Positions 25,601 through 36,097 of a DNA stretch of 64,000 nucleotides are shown piece by piece. This DNA is from Entomortierella parvispora E1425 (Eukaryota; Fungi; Mortierellomycota). Positions within the stretch are counted from its first letter, which is position 1; every line of letters begins with the position of its first letter. Position numbers and translations under genes: made by a program. Location of the stretch: the NCBI GenBank assembly GCA_020891255.1, contig BQFW01000013.1:1860001-1924000 (forward strand), written 5' to 3'. The notes beneath the pieces are model-generated. The model ran no database searches. It was given only the letters and a program-made list of their open reading frames with translations, and had not been told where the DNA came from.

Positions 25601-27358
25601 ATGGCTGCACCACCTCCACTTCGGGTGCAAATAAACGGAATATTGCTGTCGACATTGCTTTTCGAATGCGCTAATGCCCGCGTAGATTATGTATGTTGAC
25701 TGCACCTGTGGTGACTGGGCGCTACTTCAGGAACAATGTCCGACGCCAAGGCGCGTCTGACCATGCACAGCATCCTAACCCCACCATCGTCCATCTGCCT
25801 TTCACTATCTATTTCTCGTGGATTTTTGTTTCCAACAGGAAGGGCTTGTCCTCGGTGCGGTCGTTCCCAAGACTCGTTCTGTAGTGGATGATACCTCAGA
25901 CCTGCGCGTTAAATCCGTGTCCGTCACAGTTGGTAAGTTTGTGAACACTTTTTTTTTCTCCTTGTCCTGCCAATCCAAGCTCAAAGCCAAGAAACATCAT
26001 TGCAAAACAGCCTTAGTTAACAAAAAAAACTCGTCTTTTCAATCATTTTGAACATAGTTGTCCAAGGAGTTTACAAGCTGGAGCCTAATCTGCCGAAATT
26101 TTATACACGTTCTGGGGACATTCGAGAAGACGTTCTGGAAAGCTACAGCATCCCATCCAATGTAAGTTGACAAAAAGCCCTTATTCGTCACCAAAGAACC
26201 AACTAGAAGTTCCCTGTTTGCTGACATTATTAGCACTCTTCCTGCAGTTGACAATCTTGGGATATCTAAAATACAGACGATCAGAGGTCCACCAACTTTC
26301 ATTGCGCGACACGACCATCGCCTTAAAGCTCAAAATGTATCTGGAACGGAAGCAGGCTCTGACTTACTCTGCCTCCAACCCATTCGCCAAAGGGCCAAGT
26401 CTGGAAGAACCTCGACCTGTCACAATGGCGCTTTTCACGGCAAAGACAAATGAGAACATGTCAACGCATGACTACGACTACACGTTCTGGTCCATTGGAG
26501 ATGATGAGAGGTATTCAGACAACACCATGTTTTGAGTAGAATCACCGCGTTATATGGAGGCACAATAACCAACAACCGTTTATTGTAATCATACAGCTCA
26601 TTCGAAGCATTGCCGGTCGAAATATCAAACATGATTGAGAGTCCACAGGAAGACTATCAGTCCTTTCAATCCAACCTGGCTATAGGAGCATCAGGGTACG
26701 TGTCCATGATTCAACTATAACCTAACTCATCTCAAGGATAAAACAAAGCTAACGTCAAAATAGGCATCCTTCAAGTACTAGGATGATGAACACTATCAGT
26801 TCGGTCCCCACCACTCTACTTGTGAATGGACATGAGGCGATGTTCAGGGATTCATTTGATGCCACAAGGGTAAGGCAAAGGATCTTTCGTCATAAGGGAA
26901 CTCTATATCGCCAATGGTGAATAACATGTTTGTATTTGAAATTATTGCTTTAATAGTCGCTGACTCTAAGCGTCTTGAGCTCCGAGAAAAAGATTAGGGA
27001 CGCTCTGAAGGAAATTGACATTCTGAAAGAAAAGGTTGATCGACTGAAGCCTTCAGAACCCAGCACAAAAACACCGATACCACCACCCTCTGTGCCAGTA
27101 GGCAAAAATGAGATTGATGAAGACCAGGAATCGTCAATCGATCGACCACCTGTCTTTGAATCGAGTCGTCGAACGTCTCTTTCTCCGACCGCCCCGAAGA
27201 CACCCCGCAAGATTCCTCCTCCACGTCCAGCGCCCCGACCAATTGGATCCTCCGATGCCCTTACAGCGGCTCGTTCACCTCCACCGCCTCCAGTGCAGGT
27301 CATTCATATTCAGCCTACGAGCAACAACCCTGCCTCTCCACCAGATCTTTTGTATTAA
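25601..27358 (+). CDS. ABRAXAS: Abraxas/ABRO1 (FAM175) family MPN- scaffold of BRCA1-A/BRISC; about 7 exons
   Basis: Manual splice, first exons 25601-25690, 25839-25932, 26058-26161 and 26248-26510: MAAPPPLRVQINGILLSTLLFECANARVDYEGLVLG...FYTRSGDIREDVL...ILGYLKYRRSEVHQLSLRD...STHDYDY...LPVEISNM. Followed by a coiled coil and a Pro-rich tail. All junctions checked are GT-AG and keep frame. Confidence 0.8.
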
Positions 27359-27471
27359 AAAAACAAGTGAGAATATAAATATTTATATTTTTTTGTCGAT
27401 GTCCTAAACGAGGTCCATTTTCCTACTTGTACCTCTCTCTTTTTCATATCACTTTTTTTTTTTTTACCATA

Positions 27472-29850
27472 TTACGCCTTTGACTCCCACTGAATTCGTT
27501 CCAGACTCTGGCGCAAGCCCTTGTGAGGGTACACGTCGCATTTCCATCTCCAGACCTCATTTAGTGCAGCCTCGTAGGTCTCTGAGGGAGGGGGTATGGT
27601 TGATATCTTTTTGTCCTGGAGCTCCTTTTGCTGCTGAAGCTGTTCTCGCGCCACAATATAAGCGATGGCAACGCTTCCACTGCGACCGTGACCATCCCGA
27701 CAATGCACCAGGACCTTCTTTCCCTGCGAGATTTCGTCCATCAAAAAGGTGACGGCCTCCTTCAAAGCCGCGTCCGAGATCTTGTTGTGAGCGCCTGGGG
27801 GGAGGGAGATGACCTTGTGACTGAAGGGGCGACTCGGCTTGGAGGTCTCTGTGGAGGAGGACGATGAGCCCTTGGAATCCGCTGCAAGAGACGAAATCAT
27901 GGCCGAGGACGAAAAGGAGGAGGTGAGGGTCGACATGACGCTGGCGCTGGAAGGTGGTGGGGAAGAAGAATTAGAGGCGGCACCATTGCTTGTGCTGATG
28001 GATGTAGGCGCTTTGTTTGCGGACTTCGTCGTCTTGGAAGCTTTGGAGGCGGTGGTTTCGAGCTCATTGTCCGTGCTGTCCTTGGAGGAGGAAGGTGTAG
28101 ACAAGGCTGAGTTCTCCACAGACGGAAAAGCTCTGCCGATCCCAAGGGATGCAACTGTAGGGGAGGAGAGTGCCACACCTGTGCTGGACCTTCCTGAACT
28201 TGACGACGATGAAGAGGCGGTTTTTCCCGAAGAGACTGGAGGCAATGATGCCGCATTGGCCGGGGTAGAGGCGGCGGCGGCGGCGGCGGCGGCTGCAGCC
28301 TTTGCTTTTTCTTTTTTGGACAAGGGGGGAGTGGGCGTTGACGTAGCAGCAGCTGGTGGTGGGAGAGAGGCTGCAGCCGTTGCTGTTGTGCTTGTCGTAG
28401 CAGCTTGGACTTCAGTAGTAGCCGCATTGGTATTTGAGCCCTTCTTGCCCGAGGTTGGGGGTGGAGTCGACTTGGCAGGATTAGTCTTTGCGGTACCATT
28501 GCCGTTGGTGGAGCTCGAAACGCTACTAGCTTTAGTGTGGAGAGTTTCCTTTGGAGCGACTGTAGAAGCACCAGAAGCAGCAGGGGTCGTGGCGTTGTCT
28601 GGAGGAGTTGAGGTCGCCTGTGCCTCCTTTCCTGTACTTTCCTGCTCAGCAATGGATCCAATTGAGCCCAGAGAATACGAGGCGCGACTCAATCGCTTCG
28701 AGACTGGAGGAGAAGACGACACTGGGATCTGAACCATCATCTCGGTCACCGAAGTCTTTCTTGTCAGTCTAGGACCCTCCTCGGGCTCGTTGACGACACC
28801 TGCCAAGAATTCTTCCTCCTCCTGACCAGTTGTCATCCCGGGTTCATATCGAGCCATGAAATCTGAGACAGAAGAGCGCCTCCTCAATCCCTCGAGCGCG
28901 TCTTGCTCAGATCCAGCCCGGGGACCATCTCCTTCTGGAAAGGAACCGTTCGCAGAGAAAGAGACAGAAGACGATCGAGAGAGGACAGAAAATCTCTTGG
29001 GCGGTGTGCGAGCCTCCTCCTTCGCCTTTGCTTGTTCCAGCCAAGCGTTCTTGTTGACTTCCTTATCACTCTCAGGAATCCGCTCGTCGAAATCCAGGAG
29101 GTCACCCACCAAGGATAGGACGGCCTCGTATCCCGAAATTCGTGCACGGGTAGCAGCCGCGTGGTTGCCTAAATAGAGACCAGGTCCACCAATCATGGCC
29201 ATTGCAGAGCCTGTAGTGGTTGCGGCGGCAAGGGCCGAGGGGGAAATGGAGACAGAGGCGGTGGGCGCTGCGAGCAGGCCGTCCAGACGGGGGCCGTGCT
29301 GTCCATAAACCAACACCGACTGAGGTCCCATTGTCCACGAGCTTGTGCCAGAGATTGACCTGGGAACTCGCACCGTAATAGCCACATCCCTGTTCTTGAT
29401 TGCTTCTCCGTCCTTGGTCTCGGCGCTCTTGCCCTGCTCGCCCTCCAGGCTTGGGTCGAATGCGGTAGGGGCCCATTGCCACTCTGTCAAATCCGTGTGA
29501 GCCTTCCACCGGGCTGTCAGCCCAAAGTCTCCTCTTCCTGTGGGTTGGATTCTGGTGGCGAACACTGCAACGCTCCGTCGTTTGTTGCTGTTGTCTCCTT
29601 TTCCGCCCTCGAGAGCTGATGATGAGATGGAACTAACGTGCGAGAGCTTCATGGGCAACGCTGCCCAAGTCTCGGGCCCGTCTGGGTTCAGCCGATGGAT
29701 GAGGTTTGTCCAGACTTGTGCAACGATATTCTGTGCGGGAAGGAAATGGTCGTCTGGTAGCAAGAGCTCGAGTTCAATTGAGAACAAGTCGGGAGCCTGT
29801 CTGGACTGGCGAGAGCCTAGAGGAGGCGAGAGGGCAAGGAAGGTTGCCAT
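27472..29850 (-). CDS. Atypical dual-specificity phosphatase with N-terminal beta-rich domain and long low-complexity insert (single exon)
   Basis: GPGLYLGN...YEAVLSL (N-half of DSP), then about 420 aa S/T/A/P-rich, then VLVHCRDGHGRSGSVAIAYI...YEAALNEVWRWKCDVYPHKGL. Start inferred at MATFLALS (29850). Confidence 0.85.
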   Translation of the reverse strand: MATFLALSPPLGSRQSRQAPDLFSIELELLLPDDHFLPAQNIVAQVWTNLIHRLNPDGPETWAALPMKLSHVSSISSSALEGGKGDNSNKRRSVAVFATRIQPTGRGDFGLTARWKAHTDLTEWQWAPTAFDPSLEGEQGKSAETKDGEAIKNRDVAITVRVPRSISGTSSWTMGPQSVLVYGQHGPRLDGLLAAPTASVSISPSALAAATTTGSAMAMIGGPGLYLGNHAAATRARISGYEAVLSLVGDLLDFDERIPESDKEVNKNAWLEQAKAKEEARTPPKRFSVLSRSSSVSFSANGSFPEGDGPRAGSEQDALEGLRRRSSVSDFMARYEPGMTTGQEEEEFLAGVVNEPEEGPRLTRKTSVTEMMVQIPVSSSPPVSKRLSRASYSLGSIGSIAEQESTGKEAQATSTPPDNATTPAASGASTVAPKETLHTKASSVSSSTNGNGTAKTNPAKSTPPPTSGKKGSNTNAATTEVQAATTSTTATAAASLPPPAAATSTPTPPLSKKEKAKAAAAAAAAAASTPANAASLPPVSSGKTASSSSSSSGRSSTGVALSSPTVASLGIGRAFPSVENSALSTPSSSKDSTDNELETTASKASKTTKSANKAPTSISTSNGAASNSSSPPPSSASVMSTLTSSFSSSAMISSLAADSKGSSSSSTETSKPSRPFSHKVISLPPGAHNKISDAALKEAVTFLMDEISQGKKVLVHCRDGHGRSGSVAIAYIVAREQLQQQKELQDKKISTIPPPSETYEAALNEVWRWKCDVYPHKGLRQSLERIQWESKA

Positions 29851-30166
29851 GGTATATAGAGGGAAGGAGGGGAGAAGGAGGGAGAGGTAGGAGGAGGGGC
29901 GAAAGGAGGTCGAGTTGTGCAAGAAAAGAAGGGACAATGGGCAGATAAGAGAAGAGGAGGAAGGAAGAACCCCATTTGCGCGGTCAAGGCGCTCACGCAC
30001 GCACCAAAAAAGGAGTGGGAACAGATGTCACTTGTTCGGACCAATCGCTCCGCATTTGGATCAATGGCGACAGGGCACAGGGAAAAAACAAAGAGGACAG
30101 ACAATTCATGCTTCATTTTTAGGCTATGTGTATGTTTGTGCGTGCCTAGATATATAAACAACATCG

Positions 30167-31638
30167 CTAGAACAACAAGCGGAAAGGGTAGCCCGGGTTC
30201 TTGAGACGGAAGAACTGCATAAGCATGCTGAACATAATGCCAAAAATCGCGATCCAAACCCACACTGCAAACCGCTGTTTGGAGGGATCCTCAATCCGTG
30301 GAACGCTACTGATCAAGGAAATGACGGAGCAGCACAAAACAGCATCTACGATATACAACGGCATTGATTAGCAGGAACACAACAATGGCTATTTCTTTTC
30401 TATCCCTTGTTTTCTCAGAAGGCTGTATGAATACTCACAGATCATGGCTATAATTTGAGTCTCCATTCCAAACTGGTTCTGGAACCCTTGAGCGATGAAT
30501 CCAGGGCGACCGTCGCGGCCAGGCATGGTATATGGTGGGTTCCTGATCTGGTTCCACATGTGTCCAGAGATCATGACAAAAATCGTGAACTAGTACAGCC
30601 GTGGGAATGAGATGAGAAGACTGTTCATGTAGGTTGACCGATCGAACATTTTCTTGTAAAAACAAGGCCAGAGTAACTCACCAGTGACATGGCTGCCCAG
30701 ATGTACTTGTTGCGAAGAATCTTTCCAGCGCGGTTGTACATGAAGTGCCCGATGGCTCCAAAACCCAGGACTCCAAGCAATTTCAATGCAAATCCCACAA
30801 AGTCGAAAGGTCTCTTCACGGCCAAAGGCACGCCTGATCGGGCACTGAGCCAGCCAGCGAATGACTCCGCTTGGAAACCGCTATAAGTGTAGAAAGGGGT
30901 AGCCAGAGTTTGTCAATTTCAAGATTTAACTGATCACAAGTCATGATACTACTTCCTAGCACATACCTCTTTCCAAAGTCATAGCGTTGGTGTGGTGGCG
31001 GGGTTCCAGCAGGAGCTGATTCGGCAGAAGATGCTGGAAAGTAAAGGGCTGAGGGTGCGTTGGTCATCCCGAATTTTTGAAAGACGGCCTGCCCAACCTT
31101 GAAATCCAAACTTCCAAAGAGAAGCTGGGATTTGTCCTTCATCTTGGACCACCCTGAGGCCACCAGTTTATACTCGGGGTCAAAATTCCTGTAGGGGAGC
31201 AAAGAGGAGGAAACAAATGGTATCGTTCAGCAAGGTCATTGTTGAAGACGTGGCCTCGCCTGAAGACAACAAGAAACGAGACGTGGCCTCGCCTAAAGAC
31301 AACAAGGAACAAGACGTGGCCACTTCTGAAGCCAGCAAAACGTGTGCTCTGTGAAAAACCTACTTGCAGGGAACACATTGGAACTCTGGGCTGATGGCAG
31401 TGAAGAGGACGACAATGGAGTAGTTTCGGGGCATTGACAAGACTTCCTCAAATGAGGATGAGTCAAGTTCGATCACACCCTTGCCCTTGGTTGCCTTTTC
31501 CTGAAACTTTGCAAGCTTGCGGCCAAGTAATGCGGTGGACTGGGCATTAACAGTTGTGGTTGAGAATGAGGATGCGACATAGAAGATGGCCAGGAGAGCC
31601 AAGCCCAGAGTCCTGAACCAACGCGATGACGACGACAT
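30167..31638 (-). CDS. OST3: Oligosaccharyltransferase subunit Ost3/Ost6 (MagT1/TUSC3), multi-exon
   Basis: Signal peptide; PRNYSIVVLFTAISPEFQCVPCK thioredoxin-like CxxC; SGHMWNQIRNPPY; QNQFGMETQI; FRLKNPGYPFRLLF*. Confidence 0.93.
31246..31344 (+). repeat. Three 33-bp tandem units inside OST3 intron 1
   Basis: agacgtggcc starts at 31246, 31279 and 31312; the intron spans 31189-31363. Confidence 0.9.
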
Positions 31639-32129
31639 GTGATGGGGAAAGGGGGGAGAGAGGAAGGAAGGAAGGAGGGATGCAGACAAAAGGAATGAAA
31701 AGAACGGTCGAAGACGACCGAGGCAAATGGAGACCGCGAAAATTCCCCACCCCCTTGCACCGTTGCACGTCTGTTGGCGGCAATGGTTTAAGTGAAATTT
31801 GTTTCGTGTCCTTTGCAGAGTTAACTTAAGCACGCGACGCGAGATGCAGCGCGTTGCGTGAACTCCTCCGTCATCGACCATCCTTTCCTTACGTGTCGGT
31901 CTATGATAAGAGCAATCCGATAAGAAAACACTGTTGCTTGTGAAATCAACGGCAGGAGGTCGACAGGTGGAGGATGGCCGCATCTATGAAATGAGTGCCT
32001 ACGTGGCTATACCGTGCAGTGCACTTTCAAAATGAAAAAAGTCTACCTCAAGTTAGGTGCTAGGGTGCTATGACTGACGCCTTCCATCGATGTGTGTGGT
32101 AGGTGCCCTGCCACACTACAACTACGACT

Positions 32130-32600
32130 ACTCCATCGTTGCTAGTTGACACTATCAATTGCCGCCGAGCAAGACCCATCATCAAATCTGCCCGAGGCAT
32201 AGCTCACACTCTGCGGACCTACTTTTGGCCAATTCTACTTTCACCACCGTTCACGATGTCTGTGCCAACATTGGTCCCATCAACTTCAACAACGTCGTCA
32301 TGAATTGCACGCTTTGTCAAGTCGAAGACTTGCACTTAAAGTGCTACCAGTATTATTACTTGTCCCCTATCGTACACATTGGACAAAAGTGACCCCGGCA
32401 GGTTACTCTGAACAAGGTTACCGAGTCTTCAGAGGTTGAAAGGGTGTGAGGCTTGCGCGCCAGTATTGAACACGTTCTTGTTCAGTGCAGCTCAGTTACT
32501 ACTCCTGAAAATGTGATTGCGGTTACTACCTGGCTGCTCCAGCATTGACAGCTGAACTATTGGCGTTTCATTGAGTATGGCATCCAGATAGAAAAGCTGC
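32130..32600 (+). mobile_element. Degenerate 3' fragment of a non-LTR (LINE-like) retrotransposon, zf-RVT-like region
   Basis: Stop-interrupted frames HYQLPPSKTHHQICPRHSSHS...EHVLVQC...NYWRFIEYGI resemble LINE ORF2 C-termini. Recognised by eye only. Confidence 0.4.
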
Positions 32601-33062
32601 TTCTGATACTGCTGATAGGATGCAACAATGATAGTAGATAAAGGATTTATCAATATCATTGTTTTCTAAAGAGTCGAGGATGAAAAGTGCAACGCGTGTC
32701 TACAGCTTCTGTGATCCTGTCACTCCACTCCACTCCAACCCCTCCTACTCCAACCCCTGCCACTCCAACACTCCCACCAATCCCAACATAGTTACAGTAC
32801 CATAGCAAGATAGACACATATATATACCCCCTCCCTCCAACTCTTAAACATCATTCACTTCTCTAACTCTGCTTCTCCCTGCCCTTGTCCTATCCTCGGT
32901 ATCCTCCTTGTATTCCCCCTCTGTGCCTATTGCAAAAAGTACGAAGTGATGTGAGGATGCAGAGAAATGGTTCGACCACTTTATACGAACGTAAGCTCAA
33001 GGATCTAAAAATCAAAGGACCAGCCATCAAGGAGAAGTCTGCCAGCAGATAAGGAAGCCAAA

Positions 33063-33668
33063 TAACCAACGACTCAGTCGTTGGTTAGTTTTCCGCCGAC
33101 CATGGGGGGACTTTCCTTTCTGGGCATCTTATCCGTCGACCTTGACATCTCGTATCCGCCGACCATTAACCACCGACCTTCCTGTCTCTCATCCACCGAC
33201 CGCTCTCTAATTCACCGACCCAACCATTGCCGTATTCGCCGACTTGTCTTCATCTTATCTGCGGACGACCCCTTCCTTAGTCCTCGACCTAACCAAAGTA
33301 CTTTGTTCATGTCAACAAAAAAAAAAAAAAAAAAAAAAATCTAGATCGGTGACTTATAGACCGGCGGTGTCTTTCTCACCAACCGCTGTCCTTTCGAGCA
33401 GCCGATCGCCAACAGCAGAAGTTTCAAGGACCCAGCTGGCCAAGCTACAAGGGAGATATTGCTAGACACATTGGTATAAGATCCATGGTATCTACTTTTC
33501 ACAAGTTCAGGAGAGAGTAATTACTTTGCAACTTTTGGTAAGTTTGAACCCCCCCAAAATTTCACAAGTCGGCGGCTACGAGATGTCAAGGTCGACGGAT
33601 AAGGCGCCCAAAAAGGAAAGTCCCCCCATGGTCGGTGGAAAACTAACAAACGACATGGTTGTTGGTTA
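33063..33668. mobile_element. 606-bp non-coding element with 101-bp inverted arms (MITE-like)
   Basis: 33063-33163 is the reverse complement of 33568-33668 with 10 mismatches. The interior has repeated CCGAC motifs and an A23 run. Confidence 0.75.
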
Positions 33669-33778
33669 GATTTTTTAAGCCAAAAAGGCAGAAACGACAT
33701 GGTCGTCTTTTCTTGGGACGCGTTGTGAAAGGTGCAAAAGTAAAGCAAAAGGTACCAGTTCTTTCGAACTGATGAAAG

Positions 33779-33851
33779 CGCCCAACGTGGGGGTCGAACC
33801 CACAGCCTTCAGATTAAGAGTCTGACGCTCTACCGATTGAGCTAGCCGGGC
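33779..33851 (-). tRNA. tRNA-Lys-CTT: tRNA-Lys (anticodon CUU), intronless
   Basis: GCCCGGCTAGCTCAATCGGTAGAGCGTCAGACTCTTAATCTGAAGGCTGTGGGTTCGACCCCCACGTTGGGCG: 73 nt cloverleaf with TCAGA/TCTGA anticodon stem and GTTCGA T-loop. Confidence 0.97.
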
Positions 33852-34277
33852 TTGATTTGTTGAGGGTCGATGTCTCCAGACATCTATATTCAGACCTATT
33901 TCACTATCATCACGTGATATTTCGATGATTGGTCACGTGAACAGTGGTTTTTAAACGAGAAATGTCTTGAGATTAAAATACTCTGATTATTTTAATCCTG
34001 CATCTGTATGGGTGCGAACACCAACGGAGAAGGCAAATAAGAAAACATATGGACAGTACGGACGCTTTTTTACGCGGGAGCCTGACGACCCCGGGTCACA
34101 TGGGCTGTTAATGTTGAACACTGCTTGGTTTCGTGATTCACTTCTTTGGCTCCTTAGCCAAATGTCAAAAATGACTTTGGACAGGAGGTTTTCCTGTTGT
34201 TGGCCCATTCAAGATTTTACGGTGAGTCTTCAGGAACATAAACGCTTGTTTATTGAATATGGAAGCAGCACCAACAA

Positions 34278-36097
34278 TCACGCATCTGTAACAGCTGTCT
34301 GGAGGCTTTGAGCAGCGTGATATTTCTTTGGCATTTCCATCTCTAAACCGTGTCCCACGTATCTGTTCAGGTTCTTCAGCACGTTGTGTGGGAATGGCCA
34401 CGACGCCGGGTCGCTGACTTTATCCAAGCGCACCATCTGCTCCTGGCTGAGCGTAAAATTGAGCGCTCCGAGGTTGTCCTCCAGCTGCTCCATTGTGCGC
34501 ACTCCTAACAGCGGTGAAGTGATTCCGGGTTTTTGCATTGTCCAGTTCAATGCCACTTGCGCGGGGGTCTTCTGGCATTCCTCGGCGATCGCTTGTACCT
34601 CGTCAATGATTCTCCAGTTCTTAGGATCAGTCAAGTGGCCACCGATCTGTCGCTTGGTCGCAGCTACTGTTTCCTTGGTGTGCTTTCCTGTCAGGAACCC
34701 CTCTGCAAGAACACCCCATGGGACGATACCCAGCCCGTGGTCTGCACACATGGGTTGGATATCGGCCTCGAGTGAGCGGTCCAACAAGTTGAAGCGGGAC
34801 TGCATAGAAATGAACGGTGTCAACGACCGAAGCTCGGCGATCGTGTTACCGGCTACAAAAGTTATCAACAAGAGACAGGACTATTGTCAGTTTCATCTTT
34901 TCTATTTGCAAAATGCCGAGACCACAATTAAAAATAATACGTGCTACTTACTGGCAGTGACCCAGGCAGGAGCATCACTAATACCGACATAGAGAGCCTT
35001 GCCGGATCGAACAACATCATCTAGTGCCCTCATGACTTCCTGAATCGGTGTTCGATACTCCCACAGGTGGACGTACAAAATGTCCGTGTAGCCAATACCC
35101 ATGCGCTTTAAGCTACCGTCAAGAGTCTCGACAAGGCTCTTGCGATGGTTGCCACCTAAGTGGTTATGAGGAGAGGCAATATTGCACAATTCAGTTTCTG
35201 CAACACCAAAAATCCATTTTCCATGACGGTCATGAAATATGGACATGTGCCAACCTACATGCATTGGGGTTTGGGCGCCGGGTTCCAGATTTCACACCTA
35301 CAAGTCGAAGGGTGAGAGTTAAGTCATCTTGTCTTTTAAACAAGGGCCGCACGGAGAGCACAATGAGATCTTTTCTACCTTGATTCGGGAAAATGCGAGA
35401 GTACTTGTCCGAAAGATCCTCAGAAGATGGACTGACTGGAAAAGCGAGTGCTTTAGTGATGTTTTTCTTCATCAGAACCACTAACTTTGGAAACAGTGGT
35501 TGTGAAAACACTTACCAGAATACTTCGTGGCAACGACAGAGTCGGTTCGCCTGCCCGAAATGTACTCGCCCAAGAATCTCTCAGAGTCTCCATTGGTGTA
35601 GCAGTTGGCTATGGAAGTTCATGGTGAAATAAGTATACATACTGACAATAGTCACAGGCCGATCATATTCGATGATGGTGGTTCACTAGCGCTTACCAGT
35701 GTCAAAAAAGTTGCCACCTTCCTCATAGTACCTATCGAATATCTTTCTGCAAGTTTCTTTGTTGCTTCCAAATCCCTGGAGAGTTTGGCGATCCAAGAAA
35801 TAAACATTTTTTTAGTATGGTTGTCCAGATCTGAGGACAGTTGACCGCTTTACGAAATTATTAATTAAATACCCATTGTTCGCCAAACGTCTTGCAATTG
35901 AGTATAAAAAATGAGAGGCCAATGGGTTAATGACATTGCACCCCAGAGATGAAGGTACATCGCATGCAGCCGAATAAACTTACCATGGTGCCAAGCGAGA
36001 GAGGACTGACCCTAAGGCCAGATTTTCCCAGAAGCAAGTAGTTGTCCAAACTGGTCAAGGACCTGTCAATGGCTGTAGAGTCACTGGTGCCTGTCAT
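34278..36097 (-). CDS. Aldo-keto reductase, multi-exon, including an 18-nt micro-exon (35873-35890)
   Basis: YLLLGKSGLRVSPLSLGTM|TFGEQW|GFG...GGNFFDTA; GNHRKSLVETLDGSLKRMG...DILYVH; VRSGKALYVGISD; PAQVALNW...PLLGVRTMEQLEDNL. Confidence 0.93.

Noticed and set aside
27839-28732. Long + strand ORF (297 aa) and similar long ORFs at 7102-7773, 56498-57046 and 62870-63502
   Set aside because: Antisense shadows of real low-complexity or codon-biased genes on the other strand; no domain motifs of their own.
31246-31344. 33-bp repeats as a CRISPR array or as a Kex2/CaaX peptide precursor
   Set aside because: Eukaryotic intron, no unique spacers, no cas genes; the small ORF has no signal peptide and ends C-A-L, one residue short of a CaaX box.
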